Shown here in pieces: positions 1-12,868 of a DNA stretch of 64,000 nt; position 1 is the first letter of the stretch; each line of letters begins with the position of its first letter. The stretch covers positions 2,108,001-2,172,000 of the forward strand of contig JBLDXI010000019.1 of NCBI GenBank assembly GCA_047495785.1. Reading direction: 5' to 3'. Position numbers and translations under genes: made by a program. The notes under the pieces are model-generated. The model searched no databases. It saw nothing but the letters and a program-made list of their open reading frames with translations, and was not told the DNA's origin. This stretch comes from Lepidodermella squamata (lineage: Eukaryota > Animalia > Gastrotricha).

Positions 1-175
1 TTCGCCGAATTTACGCCATTTTTCATCCGGCTGGCTTGAATTCCAACACCTGCCCCAAATGTCGATTTTCACGCCGAGGCTCGCTAGTGATAGCACCAAT
101 TTCTCACGCCGACTCATTGTTAAACAATCTTTAAATTAATTAAATTAAATTAATTATTTTAATAATTATTTTTAC

Positions 176-835
176 CTGAAACAATCCATACAGCATCTTT
201 CGGGCGTTTCGAGAAAGAATCGACAAATTCGTTGATTCTCGCTCGGATATTTCTTTTAAAATTATCGCTAGATTTAACTTTTTCTTCAACATTTTGCGAA
301 GCACCGTATGGGAAAACAATTTCCGAATATCGACTATACGACATGGTGTAGTTGAATCCGAAATTATGCAAAAAGTCCCGATATTCCGCATCGTATAATT
401 TGTTCAATTGAGGCGGTTCCAAGGTGAATAGAATGTAATTTTGCCACGGTTTTCTCGCTTCAATCGGAAAATCGGTGTAATGATTTTGGAAGAAGCCATT
501 TGTTTGAAAAATCAAAGCATCAGCCTCAGAAATTAGCGAACGATTTGTTGTTAAATAGCATCGATTTCGCTGGGTTGTAGTCACCCAAGGTCCGTTATTT
601 TTAGCGAAAACCTTCGACCAATCCGGGTCGTCATACCAACTGCTCCATAACCTTGAAAAAAATTTAATTAAAAAATTAAAAAATAATGATTGACTCACAA
701 TATAATTTTCGTCGAGTTTTCCGGAACATTCGAATTACCATAAATTAATGTGAATTTGTGAAAATATGCCGCCAATAACCAGGTCGTTGATAATATTGCG
801 CCGATGATTACGAAAAAAATCGGATAGCGACTCAT
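176..835 (-). CDS. GT10 alpha-1,3/4-fucosyltransferase paralogue 1 (type II membrane; 3' exon lies left of the window)
   Basis: Exon 1 835..699 (MSRYPIFFVIIGAILSTTWLLAAY, TM), 47-nt GT-AG intron, exon 2 651..176 with LWSSWY, CYLTTNRS..ADALIF, TLEPP, FNYTMSYSRYSEIVFPYG, DAVWIVS; donor gtaaaa at 175. Confidence 0.88.
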
Positions 836-2773
836 TTATACCAGCCTCACGTGATGAACGTCCGGGTCATTGGCAATTTTTCAGCTCATCCGCACAAGTT
901 AATTTATCACAGCGCAATTTCGAGTTTATAAAAAATTCATGCCATTTTAGCTTGTTGCCTCGCAAAGAAAATATAAAGCCGAAATTGTGTTGCACAGGTG
1001 TGAAAAGAATAGTAATAATAATAATAATAATGTCGTGTCTGCGATAAGAGAGACACGGGGATGATACCTGTTTACTATTTACCCATATTAATGCAAGTGA
1101 ATATGCCTGTGTTTTACGCTAAAAAGTGCATTATTTATGGCATTCATGCCCATCGTCGCTGTCAATAACAAACGAGCGAAATGTTTACTTGCTCAATGAC
1201 CGCCCTTTGAAAGGCCTAGATTATGATTATGATTATGCTTAATTTCCGTTTTCCAAGTCCAATCAGTGTATTTTGCCTTTCATCTTTTTTATTTACAAAT
1301 GAGATTTATTTACAGTAATTTTCAACAAAATAGCAGGCAAATAAAGTCAGATAGCCGCCATCTTTTTCATCATAATAGCCACTTGATTATTTTTGACTTA
1401 AATTAGCACTCAAACTCAAAAGTTGACTGAATGTGAGCCATTACGTCTTATTTTGTTGGCAATTTAAAGATCGGCCGAAGCCGTCGTGGACACCCGGCGT
1501 CCCGTTCTGGCTTTTGCCACAGCACTCCGTGAGTGCGTGAGCCGCTCATGTAAAGCAGCTACTGCAGAGGGAGCCCAATCACTCGGGCCGCAATTTTCCG
1601 GCCTCTCTGCAGCAATAATGATGCAATAAAATTAGCACCGGGGCTCGCGGCCGAGCAGGTCATTTAAATGATAGGTAATTTGCGTATTCACACAGCCTTC
1701 GATTGAGGAATTAATGATAAGGCGCACACACGTAAATTTAAACGTCTCATAATTTCGTAACCGTCTGTTATTTGCGCTATTCAGCAGCCAAGAGATGTGC
1801 AATGGGTCATTTTTCGAATCAAGGACGGCTAGAAAGCTGCGGCAAATTATGTGTTTTATGTTCTAGCAGATATTTCAAGCATTCATAAATGGGACGTTAA
1901 CCATGTCATGCGTAGACTCATGTGAAACATATTCATCATTTCTGACACTTTCGCGGTGTTTTCTAGATGACCGGATAAAACAGTCCAATGACCCATGGAA
2001 TGGGTTAGAAAATTGCATTAAAATCCTATGTTCTGCAGAAAATCTCGACGCAAACGATAATGACCCGGTGCGATATTCGAAGCCTGATGAAAAATGATAT
2101 CGTTTGTTCATACGAGAAGAAACAATGTTCATACTTGTCCCTTTACCGACATAACATCTGTCCTTACATACTTACTCCATTCTCAGGGATCGCCGCCTCA
2201 TTGTCCATTAGAATGATGGATGCGGTGCAAGCGGAATCGAACCATGACTTAAAAAGCATTTACCAGAAACGTCTTGCCAACTGGCTCAATTGAAAAAGGA
2301 ATAGGTATAGGTATATATTCACACCATATAGAGGTTAGAAATATAGTCTCTATGATTCAGTCTTAGATTTTGGCCATTTCCCCGAAGGAAATCGAAGCTT
2401 CAAAAAGTCACAGTTCGGGTGCTTTTTTGGATAACTTTTGGGCCGGTGTCTGGCTTCTGGCTTCGGTTTTCAAGGAATTTTACAAGGACTAAGACACTTG
2501 CCCCTGTTTGGCGCCAATTTTACCACGCGTGTTTCCAATTTTACGGAGGGCGAAGGCAGGCGAAGAGGGATCATCACGTGAGACAGCTGAAAGTCCTGAA
2601 TTTACTATGAAATTCATAATTTTCAACAAATCAATCACTGTACTTGATCTTTTAAGACTTAAGATATCACGTCAATAGACAATAGTCGTGCTTTCTCCCG
2701 CTAACAATTGTTAACTCTTAAAAATATCGAATTTCGATATCAAATTCAACTTTGACTTAGACACAATCGCTCT

Positions 2774-4422
2774 CTACGTGACGAGCCGAGTTCCAGAATC
2801 CATAGATGCAGGCGATCTATTTATCGAAGAGTGCACGACCAATGGGTTGTTTGGATATCGCTGCGACAACCGATTGACAAAGTCCTTATACAGCGCATTA
2901 GTATCCACCAACGTAAGCTGTTGGCAAAGGCTATGAGCATGAGCATCAATTCGCCGCGCCCCTGCCTCGCCGTAAATCGTTACGACAGATTTGAGCATTG
3001 AATCATTATCTTCCCTGCGTTGGCTCAAGAGGTACGCCTTGTAAAGCGATTGCAGCCTGTACAAAGATTCGCCTACTATTGGCGCGTTAGAAAAGATACA
3101 ACCCCATTTTCCACCTGCAACACAAACAGAATTAGCATTGTGTTATTACCTTTTCGATCTGAGAAAAAGAAAAACCGTTGTAGAAGAACAGAAAAGCCAT
3201 GACAAAGCATATATCCTCCCGAGTGAGGCCGACTGCTTGTTGCAGATGCCACAGCCGCCTTGTTTCCTCCGCAGCATACTTGGTTTAAATGCATCATGAA
3301 GCTGTAATAAGACTGTGAGAAAGCACGGCATTTACCTTCATTTTAGGGAAGTGATCTGCCACTACTTGGAAGTTGGGATCAATCATTCCAAGAGCAAGCG
3401 GGAGTTCGCGGGTCGTATTTTCGAGAATCAGCGCTGCTGCGTAGCTCGTTGTAAAAAGCTCACATCTCTCGCGGAATGAGAAGTCCTTGAATCCTGATAA
3501 AGACAGCAATTTTAAATGAATTATCATTAATTTGCGAAATTCGAAGTTCCGGATAACTAGCCTCTAAGTTTCCTTTGCGTAGAAACGCTTGATCTAGTCA
3601 TTAATTAGCTAGTTAGCGCATCTAAACTAAAATAGAACCATAGGGTTAGTCTATGTTTTAGGACTTGCCCGAGACAAAATCTGACCGGAACTCATGGAAA
3701 ACCTAAGAGGGTCCAATTCCAGCCAATAACAATGAAATTCACATGGAATAAAAACTCGGAAAATTACGTGTAATTTAATAACCTGGTATAGCATTTGTAA
3801 ACTCGCGGACCATCAACACTTGAGGAATGAACATGTTGCTCATAATTTCCATCCACACCTGACCGGTAGAGTGATACGGCGAGAGCATCGGAATCTTCCT
3901 GAAACTCAGCTATAAAGGGAAAACTCATCATATCGCGTAGCATATTCGAGTAGAAATCTAGTACGTTGTTCAATGCTGATAGCAAGCGATCAGAAGCAGT
4001 AAACAAATTGCTGATATCTTGCTCGATAGTTGATAGATCAGTTTGAATCTCTGCGCAGATTTCGTAGCTGTCGTTTCCGAGCGATTGACGAGTGCGGCAA
4101 GTTCGACTTTGAACCTCGACGAATCTGCGAAAACGACAAGCCGAACACATCGATCGCCATTTCTTGCCATTCCCAGCAGTGATCAGAGCCCTTCTCGAAC
4201 GTTCGATGCAGTCTGAACCGATATCACAAGTCAAATCGCTACCGTTGGATCGTTGGCGGATGTAGAAACGGCGGCAAGCTTCACAGACGATTGCGCCGTT
4301 TCTTAACCGTTTATTCGCCTTATCGATTCCACAAACCTGGGTGATAGGAAAATCTATGACACGTTAATTTGCCTTAAAATACGGTGGTATACCTGGCAGG
4401 TAACTGAGTTTTGAGTGTGCAT
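2774..4422 (-). CDS. Divergent nuclear hormone receptor (C4 zinc-finger DBD + LBD-like domain), tandem copy B
   Basis: Six phase-consistent exons 4422-4393, 4336-3965, 3909-3783, 3493-3336, 3278-3176, 3114-2774. CQVC..CEACRRF..C-x5-C..CSACRF; LBD-signature-like VREFTNAIPGFKDFSFRERCELF and GLTREDICFVMAFLFF. Confidence 0.8.
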
Positions 4423-4638
4423 GATGGAAAATTATTTTTCTGTAACGATTTTTTAGCCTGAAAGTTAATGGAAATAGCGTCAGTAGCATTGCTTTGACTG
4501 TCAGTTCAATTACATTCGCAGGAACTGACAAGATGCCATAGCTCTGTAAAATTGATCAAGTAATTAATATACTTAACAGTTCTGGGAATTCGATTGTATG
4601 CAAACTCTATTCATTGTAAATTTGATTATACCCTAATA

Positions 4639-4753
4639 CAGGGCGTTCGCGTAATAATACTCTTCTATAAATAGCTTGCTAGTTTTTGCATGCATTTGAG
4701 CTTTTTTGTAGCTATTTTTAGCTCGCTCAGAGTATTATCACGCGAACGTCCTG
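4639..4753. mobile_element. Small Tc1/mariner-type MITE
   Basis: TIR CAGGGCGTTCGCGTAATAATACTCT / AGAGTATTATCACGCGAACGTCCTG, flanked by TA on both sides. Confidence 0.75.
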
Positions 4754-5140
4754 TAGACAGACGTCAACGTTCAAAATTAGCAGCGCAGATCTTGCAGATC
4801 TTTCAAGTACCTCTTAAGGGACTTTCCGCATTCCAAACTGAGTCACCAATCCTAGAAAGGCAATAATATGACTTGGTACATGTACTCGTTCTCTATTTTT
4901 GTGTGGAATTCTGTAAATATCTAAAGCTTCTTAATGAAATTGCATTCTCTGGAATTTATTCGCGTTGTTGAATCAACCCTAGTCACGTCATACGGCACTC
5001 CAGCCAGTTCCAACAAGCTGCCAGATACTACTCACAGCGGGCTGCAAGCATCCCCAGCTTCCCCACCGGACCTACCAGTCAGGGTAAAAAGTAGCGACAA
5101 CCTGTGAGTTCGCATTTTTCATTGATTCTGTAAAGGAGCT

Positions 5141-6509
5141 CTAGCAGGGAGTTTCATCTTTGAGTACAACGACAAAAGCTTCGTTAGGATAGCGTTGTGT
5201 CAAATGTTTGACAAAGTCCTTGTAGAGTGGATTGGCATCCATCAGAGAAAACTGGCGGCAATGCTCCTTTGCATGAGCGACCATTCGTCGCCACCCGGCC
5301 TGTTCAAAAACCGTTAACATCGCCATGAGCCTCGTATTGATCTCCTTCCGATGATGGCGAAGTAAATACGCTTTGTAGAGCGATTTCAGCCTGAATAAAG
5401 AATCGGAAATTATCCGATTTGGAACAGCACTGCCCCACTTTCCACCTGGAAACGAAATTTGATAAGCCGGTAGGTAATATCATGAAAAAACTTGTTTACC
5501 GTTGTAGAAAAATAAGAAAGCCATAAGAAAGCATCGTTCCTCTCGAGTCAATCTGACTGTTTGCTGCATGTACCAAAGCTGCCGCGTTTCCTCAGCTGCA
5601 TACTGAAAGATAAGCGTAAAATGCTCATCTATCATCTTTCAGCTTTCAAACCTACCATCATCGCAGGAAAGTGGGAAGCTGCAACTTGGAAATTGACGTC
5701 ATTCATTCCTAATGTCACAGGTGTTTCGCGAACCGAATTTTCGAGAATTAATATGGCTGGATAGCTTGCCGTGAATAGTTCACTTCTCTCGCGGAGTGGG
5801 AAGTCTTTGTAACCTGAAATAAGGTTAAATTGTGGTATAATATCCTTAATCCTTAATCATCAACAGTATTTACCTGGAATTCCCTTTGTGAACTCGCGGA
5901 CCATCAACACTTGCGGAATGAACATGTTGCTTAAAATTTCCAACCAAACTTGAGTGGTCGAGTGGCATGTTGTAAATATCGGCATTCTCCTAACGCTCAG
6001 CTACAGAAAAATTAAAAGATCAGCTAGAGTTGGTTTACAGAATCCTACATTGTTTATTGCTGATAGCAAGCGATCCGCTGCCCATACCAAGTTGTAAATA
6101 TCCCTCTCAATATTGGCTAAGTCGGTTTGAATCTCTGCGGTCATTGTGCTGCTTCTTTTAGAGAAGGATTTCAATAATGGCTTGCTTCTAGCAACTTCGA
6201 GGAATTTCTGATAACGGCAAGCCGAGCAGAGCGATCGCCACTTCTTGCCGTCTCCGGCTGTAATCACGCTTCTTTTTGAATTCGCCATGCAGTCCTCCGA
6301 GCCAGATTGGCAGATCAAATCTTCGGCATTGGATCGTTGTCGCATGTAGAAACGACGACAAGCTTCGCAGACGATTGCGCTATTCCGCAACCGCTTATTC
6401 GCCGTTGCGATGCCGCAAACCTTGAGATAATGAAAACATGAGGAAAATGTTGGAAACACAGCTTTAACTCGCGGCATACCTGGCAATAATCGGAGATAGG
6501 ATTTGGCAT
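5141..6509 (-). CDS. Divergent nuclear hormone receptor, tandem copy A
   Basis: Six exons 6509-6480, 6420-6049, 6000-5874, 5813-5656, 5602-5500, 5445-5141, with the same intron positions as copy B. CQVC..CEACRRFY..CQSGSEDC..CSACRY; VREFTKGIPGYKDF. Confidence 0.8.
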
Positions 6510-7077
6510 TGGATAATATAGCTGAAATACAAAATTTGAGAATATTGTCTGGTCGAAGGTTAAATTGTCATCTGAGCCACGTTGTCACGTCTCCGTGGGA
6601 AAGGAATGTTTACCATAGTTAATTGAAGTGTGTGGTAAATTGTTGAGCATGCAAATCACGTGAAGTGCAGGTAATTTGATAGCTCAAAATTCGGACATGC
6701 ATTCTATATCACTCAGTACTCTCGATAAATCTCAACCTTCTATAAAGCAGACAAAACTTGGTACATGACATTTTAGCGCAGTTATGTCTTCAACCTCAAC
6801 CGTATGAACACATTTTGCGCTCCTGGAATGCGATGCGAGCCAGGGTCGTAGCTTCAAAAAAACACCATTAGAAATTCAATTTTATTTCTCTCATTTCTTC
6901 CGTCAATATAATCTCACTCAGCCGATAAATTTCTGCTATGAAACAGTACGTGAAGTATACGATATAATTTCGTCATCAGGTATTCCGAGAACGCGAGGTA
7001 AAAAAATAAACGGACAATTTCATTGCAGAACAATAAACACATTTTGAAGATAAGAAGGCACAACATAGAAGATGAAA

Positions 7078-9379
7078 TCAAAACTGCAAATACGGCGATT
7101 CAGGATCTTCGGGGTCAAAATCCGGGGTCCAGATGCAAGCGCCGATTTTCGACCGAATATCCACGTAAGTCCTATTATTTTTACTACTGCTATCATTTTG
7201 CGGGGCTAATCTCGAGTTAAGATTTGACGGCGAGGGTGATGAAGATACAAGTGATTTTAGCACGGGTTTAGGTGGGTCTTTCGCATGCAGATGCCGACAC
7301 AGATTGCGCCAGCCGTTCAACACGCGCCAATTCGGGTCGCTCGGCACGTACTTTTCGTACTGCCACGAGTAGAAAGCCGCCAGTTTTTTGTAGCTGTAAG
7401 ACGGCGATGAAATTTCTGTCATCAGCCGCGCCAAATCAGCCGCGTCTGAGAAGGAACTCGCATCTATGTAAGAACCCTCTGGAAGGTATTCCGAGTAGTT
7501 AGCCAGGCCGTAGACTATGGGAATCACGCCGTAGTTGGCACTAGCTGCCAGGCCCTGATAGGCTTTTTCGGAGATGTACTCCTCGCATAGCGCGTTTTCA
7601 AAGGCAAAGTAGAAGCGGTATTGTTGGAAGAAGGTTTTCGGGCCGAAACTTAGCCAGAGATCGTCCGGCTGTTGCGAATCCCAACACTTACCCCATATGT
7701 CGATTTTGATGCCGAATGACTGAAGGGATCGGACTATGTTTTCGCGACGACCCATCGTTCGACAATCTAAAGATGATAAGCAAATTAATAGTTAGCGTTT
7801 GGATGACATCAGGTAAATTCAGGGCTGAATGATGAACTTCGACTTAGAGACATCAATTTGAATAGCCAAGGGAAACATCTGGCTGAAAGATGAAAGATTC
7901 ATGTGATGCATGGTTAATCGTTCAGTCAGTATCAGGAAACTTAAATCTTGGTTCTTGTTGTATATTTAGAGTCATAATTTAGAGTCACGGAATCAGCAGC
8001 AGTACAGCTGTTGATATGGCCCATCAAATCCTTAAGGATAGCATTAGGATCCTGAATAATCATCTTTACTCAAATAGCCAACCTACTCAAAGACGCTAAC
8101 TAATCAATCAATCAAGCAATTAATTCATCAATTAATCTCATCAAATTATAAACTTAATAATTTATAATCCTGTGTCTCAAAGGCAATGTTATAGTTTGTA
8201 TATAACACAGTATACCAATAAAAGGTTTTCTCTCTTATATTGGGAATCACAAAGGTACTAAGTCAACCAAATATAGTCAATCATCGAACCTGAAACTATC
8301 CAAACTGCGTCTTTCGGCCGATGAGCGAAAGTTTCGACGTATTGGTCGATGCGATATCGCACATTTTCGACAAAGCTCGGATTTGCCTTTGTCTCGTTGC
8401 TGAAATCAAACACCTTGCCGTAAGGAAAGACAACGTCGGAGTACCGACTGTAAGACATGGTGTAGTTAAAGTTCATCGACTCGACAAAGTTGCGATACGG
8501 CGCGTTCGCCAGCCTGTTCAGCTGTGGCGGTTCCAGCGTGAATAGCACGTAGTTTTGCCACGATTGGCGCGGCACTGACGGCAGCGCTTCTGGCGAATAA
8601 TTTCGGTAGAAATCGGTACTGTGGAAGATGAAAGCGTCGGCATTTCGCGCCAGTGAGTGATTGGTGGTGAGGTAGCAATATTGCCGGCGCAAGTTGCCAG
8701 TTTCGGGGTCTCGCTCATTGTACGCAACCCAAGGGCCGCCATTTTTCGCGAAAATTTTCGACCATTCCGGATCGCGGTACCAAGCAGTCCATAATCTGAA
8801 TAATAAATTGGAATAAATATTTAAAATTAATTGAAAAAGCGAATGGCTAGTGTACGTTCCCCAGGGATCTCTGGCTAAAACAAGGTATTTGGCAGATTAG
8901 GATGATGGAATTAGGATGAAAGGAAGTAGGGGAATCAGTTTGGGGAAGATAGATAGAAATATTGGGAGGTAGGGGGAACTTTGGGGAATTGGGAATTATG
9001 TGATTCATTAGAAAAAGGAAAGGAAAGGAAAGGAAAGGAAAGGAAAGGAAAGGAAAGGAAAGGAAAGGAAAGGAAAGGAAAGGAAAGGAAAAAGGACTTA
9101 CAAAATTAGTTTCGTTCCAAGATGCAAGTCATCAGTGATGATCTCATCCAATGTTGCGATATCAACATCTCCCGGGCCGATGCGTCTATGCCGACCAGCT
9201 CCACCACCGCTGTCAATAAATGACGACCAGTCGATGCCCATGTCGATATCGCCATTCAGGATAGTTATCGCCGACAAAAGCACAATCAAAGAACCGATGA
9301 GAAAAATTAGACACAAAAGTTCGCGCCGTTTCCGCTGCGCCGGACGTTCGACGGGGCGATATTCGGTAACTAGCAGCAT
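7078..9379 (-). CDS. GT10 alpha-1,3/4-fucosyltransferase paralogue 2
   Basis: Exons 9379-9102 (TM LLCLIFLIGSLIVLLSAITIL), 8795-8290, 7766-7078; alpha-3 motif YRFYFAFENALCEEYISEK..VIPIVYG..LPEGSYID. Confidence 0.92.
9017..9091. repeat. (GGAAA)15 microsatellite in intron 1 of FucT paralogue 2
   Basis: Perfect pentanucleotide run, preceded by a degenerate purine-rich tract from about 8895. Confidence 0.95.
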
Positions 9380-12300
9380 AGGTAATTAGTCAGCCGCTAA
9401 TTAGATGAATGGGTGATGAAAAAACTCATTCGCCGTATTCGTTCAAGTAACGAACAAGCAAGTGGGCAGGGAACCACATCATTTAAAATTGATAAAAATT
9501 CCTATGAGATAATAAAAATGAAATTAAGCGAGATTTTCCGTGTGCCGGGGTAATATGTCAGCGAAAAGGAATGCCGCATCCCCACATACCAAGTTAACAA
9601 AAAAATTAAGCAACATAAAATAAGTCAAAGAGAGTAGGTGCGAGAAATGTGACTTTTGTTTATCCAACAAGTTTTTTCTTATTAGAAGATTAAAACGCGC
9701 GCAAATCCTGTTGGCCATTATAGCCGCCTTAATAATAATTGAAAAAACTACCCTGCCCGCCTTAAGACATCACAATAGAAGTCATTATATTTCGTTACGC
9801 CCTGGCGCATCGTAAAAAGGCGTGCACGCGTTTTACATGATGTAACGCGCTTTTTTGAGTGCCATCATCAGGTATGAAGGATACTCATGTTTTACAACAC
9901 AAATAAAAAAGCGCTTCTGAAATATAATATATCATAACCGCGCGCGGAAAAATAGTTTTCTGCATGGCGGTTTTTCTTGTGATACCTCGTCAGATCGTAT
10001 CTAGGGTTTTAATGTGCTGCTTTTTGAAGTTGCGCGGCTGAAAAAGCATTTACAACACGGGATTGTTAGGGTAGATAAGCGACGCTGAATGAGTAACAAT
10101 GTCTTTGTTTTGTTTGTGTTTGCGGCCTCTCAAAAACCAGTGTTCTTAATCTGATTTTCGGCCTGTTTTTCTCAACAATGTAAGCCGGTTTTTGATAATA
10201 ATTACAGTTGGCAAAAATGTGATAATGGTCGCTTCAGAAAAATGGTCATGCAGAAAAGCGGAGTAGACCTTAGATGAAATAATTTCCACTATATTAGGAT
10301 AAAATACAGGAATATATCTTGCGGGAAAAAATCAGCGTATTCTCGTTAAAAATAAAAAATATATATTTTTTGAGAAGCACGCAAGGTGACACAGACTCGC
10401 ACTAGCACCGATAGCGAAAATGAGGTCACGCAATACCGAGTTTTAAAAAGCTAATTTCAAATGTGGGCCGAATATTACGCGTCTCAATTAACGCTAAATT
10501 TAACATCGCCTGAGGACAAATTATTGCAAATAATCAACCTTATAACAATGAGGTTATTTTACGCGTGAAATGAGATATAGGGTTAAGATAACAATGGGCG
10601 GTGAACGCGAAATCAAGTACAATAAACAGTGCCGAGTATTTCAGCCAATTTTTTTTCATTACTTCGATATAAACTAAAAATGAAATTGATATCCTGTAAA
10701 TTCAGCGATAAATAAATATTATATTCGCCTGAGGGTGTCCACAACACAATAGAGACTTGGGGCTATATGCTGGTTTGTCAATATCCAAGACGCGCGAAAG
10801 GAGAGGAAGAATAGGGTGACCACAGCGGAAATACCCATAATCCATAATAAATAGGGATGCGGGTGAAGTTGGCTGATCGAATACCTTGGACTTCCTGACC
10901 ACGCATAACTGACCATGAATGATGAAAATATTTACAAATAAATTTTGAAATTTGGATAAAAAAAATGTAAAATTCTAGAAAATTAATACAAAATGGGAGA
11001 ATTTTTTTTAATTGATAGAAAATATAATGAAATTCATGCTGTGTGATGGGCAGAAAAATGAGTGTCGAGAAACAGGGCCGAGTCAAGTAAATATTATCAC
11101 CGCATCGCATGTTTCAAGATACCTTTCATTTGGCGAGTGAACTTTTCAGTAAGTAAAATGTCGCGCACTACCACAAGTATATAAAACCGGCGTATAATGA
11201 GGCCACAATTATAAAACTGTTGTTCACGCACAACATGAACAGCGTTGTATAAGTGTTTTTTGCGCGAATACTATTCTCACTTTTAAGGTGGCGGCTTGTT
11301 TTCTTGAGATGCCGTGTGATATAATGTTGTGTTATTTTCCGGTGCCTTATGTATGCAAAATCAGAGTCGTAGGCGTTATAAGTATAAGTATACCTGTATA
11401 TTCTAAGCCGTGATATCTTGGCACGCGCATCGTGTTACGGAACTCTTACCAGAACAAACTATCAAATCGCAAGAGACGCATTAACTATAGGGCTATTATT
11501 TGCGCGTCTTTTGGCTCCTGTGTATGTATATAAAGTAGCCGCCCCCAAATCTGCGCTTGAACACACACACTCACACCTCCATGTATAGTACAGGTGTGCG
11601 CGCGTTTAATTTGCGCGATCCTGAGGGTGCAATAAAAACGTAATTATCACATGACATCTGACAACATATTTATCGCCCCGTCTCGTCTTAGACGATGAGA
11701 CGAATTAAGCATTTGTTGACCCGACTGCCAGCTGGTGGGAGTGTGAAGAGTTCAGACACCCTGGCTAAAAGTGCCTGAAATAGAAACGCCTACAAAGGCA
11801 TGGACTAAATATGGACAAGTCATAGGAGAGTCTGGAAGTCTGTTGACATAGGTCGGCGCTTAAAAACTCACGATTCTCTGGGCTGTATCTGACCCGATGG
11901 CTCGAACTTTCTGAATAGGGTAAAGAGACAGAAATGTTCGAGGTTTTGGGGCTTGAATTTTTTATGATCGCTCAACTTTACTTTTTATAATTAATCAAGA
12001 AGTTGTTGAACGCTCCCGCAGGTGTGACCGGTGTAAAAACAACGCGTTTAGGCGTGACCTCCTTTGCCTAAAATTAGGTATAATGTGGTAGATCAAAATT
12101 CGAAGTTGAGATCTGAAATTTTATTCTTGTTAAGGCTGCCAGATTTTTCGTCAGTTTCCTCCATTGTTTTGCAGCCTGAGTATACTGCAGCCGAGGTTCG
12201 ATTTCTATTAACTGATATTATTAATTTGTTGGCTTACTTTGTGAGTGTTTGTGAGTGTGTTTTGCGCTTAAAGCTATTTAGCATGGTTTGCGTGCCTTTT

Positions 12301-12868
12301 TGTCAGGGTATAATACCGACCGGTTTTTTTGTTGAAAAAACCACCCACCGGTATAAACCGGTTTAAACCGGTGAAAAAAACCGGTTTTTTTACATATGCT
12401 AAAATCACTGAAATGTCTTATTTGACATAGCTAGAGCTCGCTAGCACTTGGTCCTATAGAGATTTGGACTGCACCACGTGATTCTACGTGAAACACTACA
12501 TAGTTTGACATATCACACGGCCATTTTTCTCACTTGGAAGAAAAAAAATTTCTTAGTGCAATAAAGCAATAAAAAAAACTAAAAAACGCAGTTATCTCCG
12601 GAAGTATGGTGATTAGTAAAATTCTGAAAACGGATTCGGATCCGCCGTGAAAAGTTACCCCCCCTGGATTTCTAAGGGGGGTTTCAACGACAAAGGAAGC
12701 GGTTTTGCCGGTTTTATTTGAAAATTTCAACTTGAAAGGTCTAAAACCGCCTAATTATACCCTACCGGAAGTGAAACTGATTTCGCGATAGTCTCTTTAC
12801 CATTATAGATATCGCCATGAAAATTTGGTATCTTAGGTAGAATTTGCCGCTGAACACGATGGTGACAT

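Noticed and set aside
1869-2293. Possible small multi-exon gene on the + strand (last exon ..IAASLSIRMMDAVQAESNHDLKSIYQKRLANWLN*)
   Set aside because: Acceptor-like sites exist, but no phase-consistent model or recognisable domain could be built.
3764-3964. ORF-track translation past 3965 (..HVHSSSVDGPRVY..)
   Set aside because: Read-through of an intron into the wrong frame; the paralogue-conserved LBD frame is MFIPQVLMVREF.
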